Part shown: in pieces, positions 49,286-59,817 of the stretch
How the letters are laid out: each line of letters opens with the position of its first letter
How positions within the stretch are numbered: the first letter of the stretch is position 1
Assembly (NCBI GenBank): GCA_963739305.1
Contig: CAVTZU010000018.1
Location: forward strand, 1-64,000
Length of the DNA stretch: 64,000 nt
Origin: Candidatus Bathyarchaeota archaeon
GTDB lineage: Archaea; Thermoproteota; Bathyarchaeia; Bathyarchaeales; Bathycorpusculaceae
Reading direction: 5' to 3'
The notes under the pieces: generated by a model
Seen by the model: the letters and a program-made list of their open reading frames with translations, nothing else
The model's database searches: none
What the model was told of the DNA's origin: nothing
Made by a program: the position numbers and the translations under genes

Positions 49286-50230
49286 ATGTTCAAAGACAAG
49301 ACTGTACTTATAACAGGTGGAACAGGCTCATTTGGACGATGGATTCTGAAAGACATTCTCAGAAATTCCGTTAAGGAGATACGCATTCTCAGTCGAGATG
49401 AAGAGAAACAGCTTGATGTTAGACGTGAAGCCAATGATTCCCGGATAAAATTCTACATTGGTGACGTAAGGGACTACGACAGAGTCATGCAGGCATGCAG
49501 AGGAGTCGACGTCTTGTACCATGCGGCAGCACAAAAGATCATCGATTCTTGCGAGGAAAACCCCACAGAAGCTTTAAAAACCAATGTTTTGGGGACATGG
49601 AACGTGAAAAGAGCCGCAGTAGCTTGTGATGTCGAAAGAAGTGTTCTGATTTCAACAGACAAAGCTGTTAAACCAGTGAACTTGTATGGAATGACAAAAG
49701 GCATGGCTGAGAAAATATGGATACGTAATGAGGATGCAGAGTCAAAGACGATTTTTGCAGTAGTCCGATATGGGAATGTAATTGGATCTCGTGGTTCAGT
49801 TGTCCCTTATTTCAAGCAGCTGATTGAGGATAAGAAACCTCTGCCTATTACTCATCGAGACATGACTAGGTTTCTCGTTACTCTTAAGCAAGCAACAGAG
49901 CTGGTATTTCACGCAACTAAACACAGTACTGGTGGAGAAATCTTTGTGCCTGATCTTCCTGCGTGCAGAATTGTTGATCTAGCAAAAGCCATGGCAGGAG
50001 ACAAGTATCCTCTCAATTTTGTTGGGATACGGCTTGGAGAGAAGATACACGAATGTCTGATTCAAGAGTACGAGATGCATAGAACCGAGAAGAAGGGCAG
50101 ATATTTCATTATTCATTCTGACTTGCAACTTAATCACAGTGATTTGACAGAAGAATTCACCAGTGACAAGACTAGGCTGCTGGATAAGAAAGGAATACTT
50201 GCTTTGTTGAAAGAGGCAGGATGGGCTTGA
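49286..50230 (+). CDS. UDP-GlcNAc 4,6-dehydratase (PseB/CapD-like)
   Basis: TGGTGSFG, SRDEEKQ, STDKAVKPVNLYGMTK, RYGNVIGSRGSV. Confidence 0.92.
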   Translation: MFKDKTVLITGGTGSFGRWILKDILRNSVKEIRILSRDEEKQLDVRREANDSRIKFYIGDVRDYDRVMQACRGVDVLYHAAAQKIIDSCEENPTEALKTNVLGTWNVKRAAVACDVERSVLISTDKAVKPVNLYGMTKGMAEKIWIRNEDAESKTIFAVVRYGNVIGSRGSVVPYFKQLIEDKKPLPITHRDMTRFLVTLKQATELVFHATKHSTGGEIFVPDLPACRIVDLAKAMAGDKYPLNFVGIRLGEKIHECLIQEYEMHRTEKKGRYFIIHSDLQLNHSDLTEEFTSDKTRLLDKKGILALLKEAGWA

Positions 50231-50231
50231 C

Positions 50232-50954
50232 ATGAAAGTCCTCATAACAGGAGGCACTGGAAGGCTTGGCAAGGAACTCGTAAGGGTCTTTCCAGAATCT
50301 TTGCATCCGAGAAGACAAGAACTTGAAGTCGAAATGGAGTCTCAGGTGGACAACTACATTTCTGAAAAGAAACCTGACGTCATAATTCATACCGCGGCGG
50401 TTACTAGTGTAACCGATTGTGAAGAGAATAGAAAAAAAGCATACGAGACAAATGTTGGGGGAACAGAGAACCTAATTGATGCTTGTCTCCATCATGATTC
50501 CGACTGTTATTTTGTGTTGATTAGTACAGCGTGTGTTTTTCGTGGTGATGTTGGCAACTACGTTGAAACTGACCTGCCATATCCCAAGAACTACTACGCC
50601 CTCACAAAACTGCTTGCAGAATGCGTGGTAGAATATTCCGGGTTGAAATTCCTCATCATAAGAACTAACTTTGTAGCTCGTGAAAAATGGCCGTATCCGA
50701 AAGCTTTCACAGATAGATATGGCACCTACCTCTTCGCTTCCGACGTGGCGTCAGCGGTTAAATCTATGGTCGAGCAGAAACTTACTGGAATTGCTCACGT
50801 ATATGGTGATAAGAAGATGTCGATGTTTGAACTTGCCAAGATTACAACGCCAGATATCCAACCTATGACCTTGGCAGATTATCATGGTGTTCCACTAACT
50901 GTTGACATGAGTTTGTCGTCTATCAGAATTAAGTCGTTCAGAATAGGTAAATGA
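50232..50954 (+). CDS. RmlD-like NDP-sugar reductase
   Basis: TGGTGRLG, HTAA, PKNYYALTK. Confidence 0.85.
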   Translation: MKVLITGGTGRLGKELVRVFPESLHPRRQELEVEMESQVDNYISEKKPDVIIHTAAVTSVTDCEENRKKAYETNVGGTENLIDACLHHDSDCYFVLISTACVFRGDVGNYVETDLPYPKNYYALTKLLAECVVEYSGLKFLIIRTNFVAREKWPYPKAFTDRYGTYLFASDVASAVKSMVEQKLTGIAHVYGDKKMSMFELAKITTPDIQPMTLADYHGVPLTVDMSLSSIRIKSFRIGK

Positions 50955-50960
50955 GGGTTT

Positions 50961-52079
50961 ATGATGAGTGCGACAAGAACTCTTTGGAAAGGTGTCGGCT
51001 ATATGCTTGGTAGAATGCATAGTGAATTTGCGGTTCCAACTGCAGTTGAGCTTTGTTTGACGCATTTGTGTAATATCGATTGCGTCTATTGTATGCGACA
51101 GAGTTTCAAGCCTAAAGCTGGTTATATGACACTGGAAAATATCAAAACTTTAGTCAAGAGAATGCCATATATTTGGAATATTACAATTCAAGGATTATGT
51201 GAACCTTTTCTCAATCCGGAGTGTCCAGAGATTATTGAGTGGCTCAAAAGCCAAGGTTACCATATCAGCTTTACAACTAATGGAATGGTATCTTTGACTG
51301 GGAAAAGATTAGACTGTCTAAGATCTGTAGATGACTTTTGTATGTCTATAGATAGTAGCGATCCTGAGACTTTCACTTATCTTCGTGGGGGTGCAAAGCT
51401 TCCAATCGTAATGCAAAACTTGAAGAGGGTTGTAGACATGAAAAGGAGTTTAGGTTTGAGCAAACATGATAACCCTCCATTTTATGTGAATGCGGTAATA
51501 ACGTCCATGAATTTTGATCAAATACCTGAATTGCTCAAGATGTTAGAACCCTATGAAGATCAAATTACATACTTACAAGTTAATTCTGTTTCACGACCAG
51601 ATTATAGCAAATTTGAACCGCTAGCCATAAAACATGACAAAGATTTTGAAGCAAAAATACAAGATCTTAAAGAGGTTATCAAACAGTCTAAAATAGCAGT
51701 GGTGGGTCTTGACTACATGCTTGTCCCAAGTTATAATTGGAAAGATTGTCCTATGGCTTGGGGAAATCTTTGGGTAGAACCTAATGGAGACATATACAAT
51801 TGTTATGGTTTCGATTACGTGATAGGTAATGTATTCAAAGATAGCCCATTGTTAGCATTTAATGGCAAAAAGCAAAGAGATTTTCGCAAGAGACTTATGG
51901 CAGAAAATCCTCCACTAAAACAATGTCATTCTTGTAATTTTGCAAGAGAAGGTTGGCAAATTCACGGAGGATACGTTGCACGTTCAAGAGAATTAAGTGT
52001 AAATAAACCTATGAGCTTTTACGAGGCTTTCAAGCATGTCTTAGTGGTTTTGACAAGAAAAGGGAGATATTCATTCTGA
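50961..52079 (+). CDS. radical SAM/SPASM protein
   Basis: CNIDCVYC; EPFL; CPMAW...GDIYNC...CHSC. Confidence 0.9.
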   Translation: MMSATRTLWKGVGYMLGRMHSEFAVPTAVELCLTHLCNIDCVYCMRQSFKPKAGYMTLENIKTLVKRMPYIWNITIQGLCEPFLNPECPEIIEWLKSQGYHISFTTNGMVSLTGKRLDCLRSVDDFCMSIDSSDPETFTYLRGGAKLPIVMQNLKRVVDMKRSLGLSKHDNPPFYVNAVITSMNFDQIPELLKMLEPYEDQITYLQVNSVSRPDYSKFEPLAIKHDKDFEAKIQDLKEVIKQSKIAVVGLDYMLVPSYNWKDCPMAWGNLWVEPNGDIYNCYGFDYVIGNVFKDSPLLAFNGKKQRDFRKRLMAENPPLKQCHSCNFAREGWQIHGGYVARSRELSVNKPMSFYEAFKHVLVVLTRKGRYSF

Positions 52080-53050
52080 TACTGAGGAACAAGAAAGTCT
52101 TAGTAACTGGTGGCGCCGGTTTCATAGGCTCGCATATAGTAGACGAATTGGTGAGAAGAGGCTGTGAAACAACAGTAATGGACTACTTGCCGAATAATCA
52201 GGCGAGAAATCTTGAGCAAAGCAAAGGCTCCATAACCCTGATCAACGGATCGGTCACGAACAAGAAAATGGTGAGAGACAACCTTGATGTGGACGTTATC
52301 TTTCATGAGGCAGCATGCAACCTCGTCTCCTCAATGCAATCGCCCATTAATGCTCTGATGGTAAACACGAAAGGAACACTGAACATTCTGGAAAGTATGA
52401 AGGAAAAATCAAGAGAAACCGTTTTGGTATATGGAAGTACAGGGAGTGTGTACGGGCAATCCTTGTATTCACCACAAGATGAGAACCATCCTTACAATCC
52501 AACAAACCCGTATGCCATAAGCAAATTTGCTGCGGAGCGATATGTCAATTTCTTCGCCAAACAATATGGACTGAAAACAGTCTGTTTGCGATACTACAAT
52601 GTTATAGGACGACGGCAAAACTACGGAAAAAATGGCGGTATTGTTTCAAGCTTCATCATACGCGTCCTGAACGGAGAACCACCTGTCATTGAAGGCGATG
52701 GAACAGAGAAGAGATGCTTCACGGGTATCAAAGACGTCGTGAGGGCTAACGTTTTGGGATATGAAGTTGAAAAAGGCTATGGATTAGCGTTCAACATTGC
52801 CGGATCCGAAGTGACCACGATAAATGAGTTGGCAGTTCTGATTTGTTCTTTCTCAGAGAAACCTCCCAAACCTTTGCACGTGAAGTCGAGAACAGGGGAA
52901 ACGTATGATTTTGAGCCTAGCATAGCTTTGGCTCGCAGTGTGTTAGGATATTCGCCCAAAGATAAATTAAAAGAGATTGTTCCAGATTTGATGGAGTGGA
53001 TTAGAGGCGAATTGCAGATAGAAAGCGGACCTGGAAGAATGAGAAAATGA
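52076..53050 (+). CDS. NAD-dependent sugar epimerase/dehydratase
   Basis: In-frame VLVTGGAGFIGSHIVDEL upstream of the ORF-track start; YAISK, LRYYNV. Confidence 0.88.
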   Translation: MILRNKKVLVTGGAGFIGSHIVDELVRRGCETTVMDYLPNNQARNLEQSKGSITLINGSVTNKKMVRDNLDVDVIFHEAACNLVSSMQSPINALMVNTKGTLNILESMKEKSRETVLVYGSTGSVYGQSLYSPQDENHPYNPTNPYAISKFAAERYVNFFAKQYGLKTVCLRYYNVIGRRQNYGKNGGIVSSFIIRVLNGEPPVIEGDGTEKRCFTGIKDVVRANVLGYEVEKGYGLAFNIAGSEVTTINELAVLICSFSEKPPKPLHVKSRTGETYDFEPSIALARSVLGYSPKDKLKEIVPDLMEWIRGELQIESGPGRMRK

Positions 53051-54021
53051 AATACAAGAACGTGCTAGTTGTGGGAGGAGCTGGATTCGTAGGAAGCCAT
53101 GTAGTAGACGCATTGGTTCAAAATGGAGCTGAAAAGATAGTTGTCGTCGACAACATGTTTCTGGGAAAGACCGAGAATCTCAATGAAGCAATCCAGAAAG
53201 GGAACGTCATCGTTTACAAAGAAGACGCGCGATACTTGACTGCTCTTGAAAACATTATTGAACGCGAAAAACCGGAGGCAGTTTACAATCTTGCAGTAAA
53301 ATGTTTGCCGTATGGCTTCATTGATCCAGAGGGCGCATTTATGACCGGGGTTGAAATCGCACATAACCTTGCTAACCTTCTGAGAAAGAAGAAGTTTGAG
53401 AGATTGCTGCATTTCTCTAGTTCTGAAGCATACGGCACGGCGGTACACGTGCCAATGGATGAGAATCACCCGCTAGACCCGAACAGTCCCTACGGAGCTG
53501 GAAAAGCAGCTGCTGACTTACTGTTACTTTCCTACTATAAATTGTTCGGTCTTGAGGTTAGCATTATCCGTCCTTTCAACTTCTACGGTAAACGACAGAA
53601 CATGGAAGCCTATGCTGCAGTTGTCCCAGTAACAATTTGGAGAATACTTAACGGCGAAAAACCGATTTTGGAAGGGGATGGTCTACAAACTCGTGACTTC
53701 ACATACGTCAAAGACGGTGCAGAGGCCGCCGTCAAAATGATGGATTGCGACAAAGCAGTGGGCAAAGTCGTGAACGTTGGACAAGGCACGGAAATGGACA
53801 TCAAGACAATCATCTCAATGATATGCGACACGCTTGATTATCCTCCAGACAAAATAGAGCACAGGCCTCCAAGACCATCAGACGTCCGAAGACTTCACGC
53901 AGACATAACTCTGGCAAAGAAAATGCTAGGATACTCACCGAAAACAAGTTTTAACGAAGGCATTGGACTCACCATAGATTGGTTCAGATCAAAGGTGGAA
54001 TCCAAACAAGCAAAATCTTGA
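53047..54021 (+). CDS. NAD-dependent sugar epimerase/dehydratase
   Basis: GGAGFVGSH, SSSEAYG, YGAGK, RPFNFYG. Confidence 0.92.
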   Translation: MKYKNVLVVGGAGFVGSHVVDALVQNGAEKIVVVDNMFLGKTENLNEAIQKGNVIVYKEDARYLTALENIIEREKPEAVYNLAVKCLPYGFIDPEGAFMTGVEIAHNLANLLRKKKFERLLHFSSSEAYGTAVHVPMDENHPLDPNSPYGAGKAAADLLLLSYYKLFGLEVSIIRPFNFYGKRQNMEAYAAVVPVTIWRILNGEKPILEGDGLQTRDFTYVKDGAEAAVKMMDCDKAVGKVVNVGQGTEMDIKTIISMICDTLDYPPDKIEHRPPRPSDVRRLHADITLAKKMLGYSPKTSFNEGIGLTIDWFRSKVESKQAKS

Positions 54022-54049
54022 AGACTTTTGAAATAACGGAGTCACTGAA

Positions 54050-54490
54050 ATGCGAATTGCGTTCGTTGTTGCTAGAGTTGGAGAGGAAAGAAACATCATT
54101 CAAAGACTTTCATTGATTCTAGCTGATGAATTGAGAAAATCCAATGATGTTGTTGACATTTTTCCGTTTAAAAGAAAGACAGTGTTTAGTTTTCGGCCAT
54201 ATAAGAAATTCAAATGTTACGACTGCGTTCTGATAGCAAATGTTGGTCTTCACTGTGCTTATTTCTCTTTGTTTAAGAGGCTTGGTCTAATCAAGAAACC
54301 CCTTGTTGTAATATCTTTTGGTTCAGATATACGTGCCACAAATAACAGATGGATTAATCTTTTCAACCGAATGAGCAAAGCAGCTGTGAATTTATTGATT
54401 GTTACAAATCCTGATTTGAAAGAGATCGCTGAAAGACGTGGATATGCTCATGTCCAATATGTTCATAGTTGGTCGAGTGAGTTATCATGA
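54050..54490 (+). CDS. GT-B N-terminal half-like protein
   Basis: MRIAFV..., SFGSDIR. Confidence 0.65.
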   Translation: MRIAFVVARVGEERNIIQRLSLILADELRKSNDVVDIFPFKRKTVFSFRPYKKFKCYDCVLIANVGLHCAYFSLFKRLGLIKKPLVVISFGSDIRATNNRWINLFNRMSKAAVNLLIVTNPDLKEIAERRGYAHVQYVHSWSSELS

Positions 54491-55023
54491 AAATCTTATT
54501 TGCTGGTAGGCTAGTTGATTTCAAAGATCCCATCACTTTTATCAAAGCAGCTTGTTATGATTCAACACAAAAATTCGATTTCATAGTCGCTGGTGATGGC
54601 GAACTGATGGGAATCTGTAAGAAATTGGCTGAAGATCGCAAAAATGTTCAAATGCTAGGCTGGCTAAAGCAAGATGCTGTTAACAATTTGATGCGAGAAG
54701 CAGATATATTTTGTCAAATGTCTCCTTACGAAAACTTATGGGCTGCTACATTAGTTTCTGCTATGAAATATAAGAAAGCAATCATCTGTACGAATGCAGG
54801 ATACACTAGTAAATATCTAAAACATGATTATCATGCCGTATTGATTCCTTCAAGAGACTCTTTTGCTTTGGCTGAAGCAATTGTAAGGTTGTCTAATGAT
54901 GATAAACTTAGACGGACGCTTGGAGAGAACGCATTTTCTTTCGTTCAAGAAAATCTGTCAACTGAAAGGATCGCCAGGGAAATAAGAGGCATGTTATTAA
55001 ATGTTGTAGAGTGTGAAAAATGA
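54487..55023 (+). CDS. GT4 C-terminal (donor-binding) half
   Basis: FAGRLVDFK, AGDGE, ADIF...SAM. Confidence 0.8.
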   Translation: MKILFAGRLVDFKDPITFIKAACYDSTQKFDFIVAGDGELMGICKKLAEDRKNVQMLGWLKQDAVNNLMREADIFCQMSPYENLWAATLVSAMKYKKAIICTNAGYTSKYLKHDYHAVLIPSRDSFALAEAIVRLSNDDKLRRTLGENAFSFVQENLSTERIAREIRGMLLNVVECEK

Positions 55024-55961
55024 GTTCTCCGTTGGTTACAGTGCTAACGCCAACGTATAACCATGAAAGGTTCATCGGTAACTGCATTCGCAGTGTTCAA
55101 GCTCAAACATTCAATGATTGGGAACAGATCATAGTTGATGATGGCTCAACTGATGGAACTGAGCGAGTGATAAACAGATTTGACGATGAAAGAATAAGAT
55201 ACGTCAAACAGTCGCACGTTGGAATTAGTAAGCTTTCTGAAACATACAATCGCGGCTTAAAAATGGCAAGAGGAAAGTTGATTGCCATCTTGGAAGGTGA
55301 TGATATGTTTCCTAAAAGGAAACTTGAGTTGCAGGTTCACAGTTTGGATGATGATATAGTACTTAGTTTTGGAAGATACATTTTGATTGATGAAAATCAC
55401 AAGTATCTAGGTCATTTTCCGTTAAATTCCAGACAATATCTCAGGACAACTGATTGGCTAAAGCCACTGCTTGTTTCTTGTTTCATTTCGAGTCCAACCG
55501 TGATGATTCGCAAAGATGCCTTGTTGAAGATTGGCGGTTTCATCCAGCCAGTTGGAAGTAACTGTGTAGATCAGGCGACTTATTTAGAGTTAGCTCTAAT
55601 CGGTAAATTCAAGTTTATAGATGAGACGTTAGGAATATGGGTCAAACATGGCGACAACTGGAGCGATAGAAGTTTGGGCGAGAGCACATTTCCTAATTAT
55701 GGGCTAACATTTAGTCGAAGGTATAATATCCCTATAGATTGGAAAGCAATTAGAGCACAACAAGGTCGAGATCTGTTTCATACAGGTCGACATCAACTGT
55801 TGAACGGTATGAGAACGGAAGCTAACCTAAGTTTCAAGCGTAGTTTCGAACTGTCTTCTACAAGCGGTAAACTGAAGGCTCTGGTTGGTTTAGGTATGAG
55901 CAAAACAGGAATGAATTTTGAAAGAATAGCAAACTGGTTAGGTAGACCAACTGAAAGCTAG
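55020..55961 (+). CDS. GT2 glycosyltransferase
   Basis: PTYN, VDDGSTD, LEGDD. Confidence 0.92.
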   Translation: MSSPLVTVLTPTYNHERFIGNCIRSVQAQTFNDWEQIIVDDGSTDGTERVINRFDDERIRYVKQSHVGISKLSETYNRGLKMARGKLIAILEGDDMFPKRKLELQVHSLDDDIVLSFGRYILIDENHKYLGHFPLNSRQYLRTTDWLKPLLVSCFISSPTVMIRKDALLKIGGFIQPVGSNCVDQATYLELALIGKFKFIDETLGIWVKHGDNWSDRSLGESTFPNYGLTFSRRYNIPIDWKAIRAQQGRDLFHTGRHQLLNGMRTEANLSFKRSFELSSTSGKLKALVGLGMSKTGMNFERIANWLGRPTES

Positions 55962-55996
55962 ACATTTTAATATTTTCAAGCTTATAAAGGACTGGG

Positions 55997-56239
55997 TTGA
56001 AAGGTTTATTCATTGGTGAGTTTGTGATTATAATACCTCAAAGTAAGAATAAGAGGATATTCAAAGTTAGCAAGAGGTGGCTGACGAGATTCAGAAATAG
56101 ATATTATACAGATCCTATCTGTCATAGTTGCGGTGAGGACTTAACAGAAATTGGAAAAGAAGTTTTTAGTGGTAAGATAAAAGGTTGTATAGCGAAACAC
56201 TATTGTGTATCATGTGCAAAGAAAGTGAAAATTATATGA
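55997..56239 (+). CDS. small Zn-finger protein
   Basis: CHSC...CVSC; ATGA-coupled to the next gene. Confidence 0.5.
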   Translation: MKGLFIGEFVIIIPQSKNKRIFKVSKRWLTRFRNRYYTDPICHSCGEDLTEIGKEVFSGKIKGCIAKHYCVSCAKKVKII

Positions 56240-57087
56240 AATTTGATATTATCATGTGGACATTTAATGGAGAAAAATTTTTCCCAAAAGTATTACAGAG
56301 AATAGAGGAGGTCATACCCAAGGAATATGTTCACCGTAAAATTATAGTTGATGATCACAGTACTGATAACACAGTCACAATAGCTAAAAGTTATAATTGG
56401 AATGTCTATTTTAACCCGTCTACTGGTATTCCTTCAGGTGCTAACGAAGCTTTAAAGCATGTTGACTGCAAGTATTTTCTAGCTTTTGAGCAAGACTTGG
56501 TCTTAGCATATAATTGGGGTGAAAGAATACCAAAACTTCTTGACAATAACGATGTTGCGGCAGCACAAGGTGTTCGCTATGCTACAAATCCAATATTAAA
56601 TAAAATAGACAACTACTATGCTAGCAAAATGACATTCAGGGAACCAATAAGCATAGTTGACGCACCTAGTATAGATAATACTCTGTTTAAAACTGATATT
56701 GTAAGGAGTATTGGTGGATTCCCAACTGAATGTCCACTTTGCAGTGATACCATACTATTGAAGAAACTTGCGCATTTAGGCTATAAATGGCTTGTTGATA
56801 CTTGTGTAATTTCAGGTCATATTAAGCCATCTATCAGGTATAACTACGATCACGTATACTTTGCTCTAAATAGATGTGCTTTGACACCATTATGCTCTAA
56901 CAACGAAAAACCTCGCAGGTTGAACGGTAGATTATTAGCATTCTTGAAAAGTCCCATTAGGGCGTTGATTATAGGCTTTAGAATGAAAGAGCCCAGAATA
57001 TTGTTAGTTTATCCACTCGAAAAGTGGCATTACGTGAATGCAACGTCTAAATTATATAGAATTAGATATGGAGGTTATGATAGATGA
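56236..57087 (+). CDS. GT2 glycosyltransferase
   Basis: VDDHSTDNT, FEQD, IGGFP. Confidence 0.85.
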   Translation: MKFDIIMWTFNGEKFFPKVLQRIEEVIPKEYVHRKIIVDDHSTDNTVTIAKSYNWNVYFNPSTGIPSGANEALKHVDCKYFLAFEQDLVLAYNWGERIPKLLDNNDVAAAQGVRYATNPILNKIDNYYASKMTFREPISIVDAPSIDNTLFKTDIVRSIGGFPTECPLCSDTILLKKLAHLGYKWLVDTCVISGHIKPSIRYNYDHVYFALNRCALTPLCSNNEKPRRLNGRLLAFLKSPIRALIIGFRMKEPRILLVYPLEKWHYVNATSKLYRIRYGGYDR

Positions 57088-57346
57088 ACATAAAGGACAA
57101 GTTCATATCTTACAATGTTTTATTTGCTTTGATGGTACACAATTTCTTTTAAAGAAAGCTTCGATAGGACGTAGGGAACGCCCGATTTAACGGAAATCTC
57201 ATGTCTGCACGCGACTAGAAAGAGAAAAGGACACGCAGATTGCTGTGAGTACTTTACAAGGTCGTTAGGCGAGGGTCCTGAAATTTGTCAGACTGCTCGT
57301 CCACTTGCGGAATTAACCTAGACGCTACGTCCAGTGCAGACTCGGT

Positions 57347-58194
57347 TCATTGTTTCTTTCTCAGTTCTTTTTGAAGGTCTTCCGCGATTCTCTTGACTTT
57401 GTCAACTTCCTGCCTGATCTCTTCGTCCTTGATTTCTTCCTTTCTCTTTTCATTGGATTCCAATATTAGGCGCAGAAGTTTTGAGTCATATCCTTCCAGC
57501 AGCAGTTCCACGTTGGGAATTACACAGTGGCGACCGATGACGTCTGGGTACATGATTGGTCTGTCGAGCCTGACGCGATGCGTATCAGCCAGAAAATCAA
57601 CAACCTCATCGAAGTTTGCTCCAAAATGGTCTGGCGATTCGCTGCATTTCTTGAAAACAAGTTATCATCCATGCTCTGTAAGTGGTTTCGAACAGTTTGG
57701 CAAGTTCAGTTTCTCTGCAGCTTTTCAAAACCTTGGTTTTCAGTCCGAGCCTTCTGAAGTGTCTGTCTGCAATTCTTCCGGCTTCAGGGCTTGCTCCGCC
57801 TACGTATTTTGTCCATCGCTTGAGTTCCCATTTCATGTGTTCGGGGCTCTCATGGACTCCTCGAAACGGTGAATGTGCAACAAGGCAAGCGCAACGATCG
57901 CTCACGCTCATCGTGGTTCCAGGTGGGACGGTGCTGTTTATGATTATGAGCTTAGGCTTGAAACGTCTTGCGTAACTGGTGACGATGTCAACGAATTTCG
58001 CTTGGTCTTTGCAGGGTAAACATATGTGCATGACGTTTGTCGTTTCGGGCAGGGCTTTCTGCTTTAGATCTTTCATTTTCGTTTTGTCCAGATCCAAGCC
58101 ATAGACTTCGAATTTCCCGCTTTCTTTCACCAAGTCGAACATTGCTGCTGCCAACCTCGCCTAAGCCAATGACTAAAATCTTGTCCTTCTCCAA
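57347..58194 (-). pseudogene. UDP-glucose/GDP-mannose dehydrogenase family protein, two frameshifts
   Basis: VIGLGEVG / NSTVPPGTT, HSPFRG, ELAKLFETTYR / GRHCVIPN in three frames. Confidence 0.8.
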
Positions 58195-58275
58195 TTGATT
58201 CCGACTCCTGCCTTTGACAAAAAATGGTTCGTCAAACTATTTAAATTTCGCACGCTTTAAAGGAGTAGAGACGAA

Positions 58276-58788
58276 GTGAACGGTGTGTCTAAGCCAAAAC
58301 TGGGTCAAGGCGTAGTCGTTGGAAAGAACGTCGTGTTTGGCGAAAACGTGGTTGTTTGGAACTACGTGGTAATCGGTGACGACACCAGAATCGGGGATGG
58401 TACACGGATCGGCAGCTTCTGCGATATCGGCAAGAACGTGGTCTTGGGCAAGAACTGCAACATCCAGACTCATGTCACAATATCGAACGGCTGCAAAATA
58501 GGCAATGATGTATTCATCGCACCAAACAGCACGCTTCTTAACGACAGGTTTCCTGTCAGTGAAGTTCTCTCTCCGCCTACGATAGAGGATAACGCGGTGA
58601 TCGGCGGATGCGTAGCCATACTCCCCAACGTGACGGTTGGAAGAGACGCCGTGGTTGCGGCTGGAAGCGTAGTCACCAAAGATGTTCCTGCGAGAACAGT
58701 AGTGAAGGATGTGCCAGCTAAGCCTATGATGACAAAAAGGGAGTACGAAGTCAAGAAGAAGGATTTCGCCCAGAAGCACTTGCGGTGA
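58276..58788 (+). CDS. hexapeptide-repeat NDP-sugar acetyltransferase
   Basis: Left-handed beta-helix repeats, AGSVVTKDVP. Confidence 0.9.
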   Translation: MNGVSKPKLGQGVVVGKNVVFGENVVVWNYVVIGDDTRIGDGTRIGSFCDIGKNVVLGKNCNIQTHVTISNGCKIGNDVFIAPNSTLLNDRFPVSEVLSPPTIEDNAVIGGCVAILPNVTVGRDAVVAAGSVVTKDVPARTVVKDVPAKPMMTKREYEVKKKDFAQKHLR

Positions 58789-59780
58789 GTTCAATGAAGG
58801 TCTGGTACGATGCTGGCACCGGCAAACAGTTTAGGTTCGGCACGGCTATAGCTAGACGCTTAAGAAAAGACGGACATGAAGTTATCTTTACAACGCGGAA
58901 GCATCCTGACACAGAGGGCTTGGCCAAGGTCTTGGGCGAGAAACCAATTGTAGTTGGCAAGTACGACCCGACTTCGCTCTTCAGTCGTTTGGATGAGAGC
59001 GCAAGACGCATGCTCCAATTTTCCAAAATGTTCAGGGACAGATCACCTGAATTGGCTATCTCACACCAGTCCGTTGAGCTTTCAAGGTTCGCGTTCGGTC
59101 TGTGTGTTCCTGTACTGACAACAGCTGATACCCCGCATGCCGAAGCTGTAAACAGACTGACCATACCACTGTCAAGCATCGTGCTTGTCTCAGAAGCCAT
59201 ACCGGAGAATCTGTACAAGAAATATGGTGCGCGAAAAATCATCCGTTTTGCGGGAGTCGACGAAGTTGCGTGGACAAAACGCCCAGAAAGGTCCAAGTCT
59301 TTTGACTTCAAGAAACCCTTGATCGTGGTTAGACAAATGGAGACCAGGGCAGCTTATGGCCTGGGAAAAGAAGACTTCACCATGGAGGCTGCGCACAAAC
59401 TGTCTTCGCTCGGGACCGTCATCTTTCTACCGCGCTACAGCAAACCCAAGTACAAGAACGTGATCGTGATGGATCAATTTGTGGACACGGCACGTTTGGC
59501 GGGGCAAGCCGACTTGGTCGTCAGCGTGGGCGGGACAATTGCGCGAGAAGCCGCTTTGCAGGGAACTCCAAGCATTGTCATCAAGCAGTTTGGCAAGATT
59601 CAAGTCAATGATTATCTTTCGAAGAAAGGATTCCCGCTTTTCACGGTAGAACCCTCAAAGGTTGTGTCAGTTACCCGACGCTATTTGGGCAAGAAATTCG
59701 ACATGAAAGCAAGTTTGGGAGAGCTTGAAAACCCCGTCGACATCATCGCAAAAATAATCGCAGAAAAGCAATTCGCATAA
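58785..59780 (+). CDS. DUF354 family GT-B fold protein
   Basis: VWYD, TADTPHA, GVDEVAW, GGTIAREAALQGTPSI. Confidence 0.85.
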   Translation: MSSMKVWYDAGTGKQFRFGTAIARRLRKDGHEVIFTTRKHPDTEGLAKVLGEKPIVVGKYDPTSLFSRLDESARRMLQFSKMFRDRSPELAISHQSVELSRFAFGLCVPVLTTADTPHAEAVNRLTIPLSSIVLVSEAIPENLYKKYGARKIIRFAGVDEVAWTKRPERSKSFDFKKPLIVVRQMETRAAYGLGKEDFTMEAAHKLSSLGTVIFLPRYSKPKYKNVIVMDQFVDTARLAGQADLVVSVGGTIAREAALQGTPSIVIKQFGKIQVNDYLSKKGFPLFTVEPSKVVSVTRRYLGKKFDMKASLGELENPVDIIAKIIAEKQFA

Positions 59781-59817
59781 ATGAACGGGGAAAAATTAAA
59801 GTCAACCGTTTCTCCCT

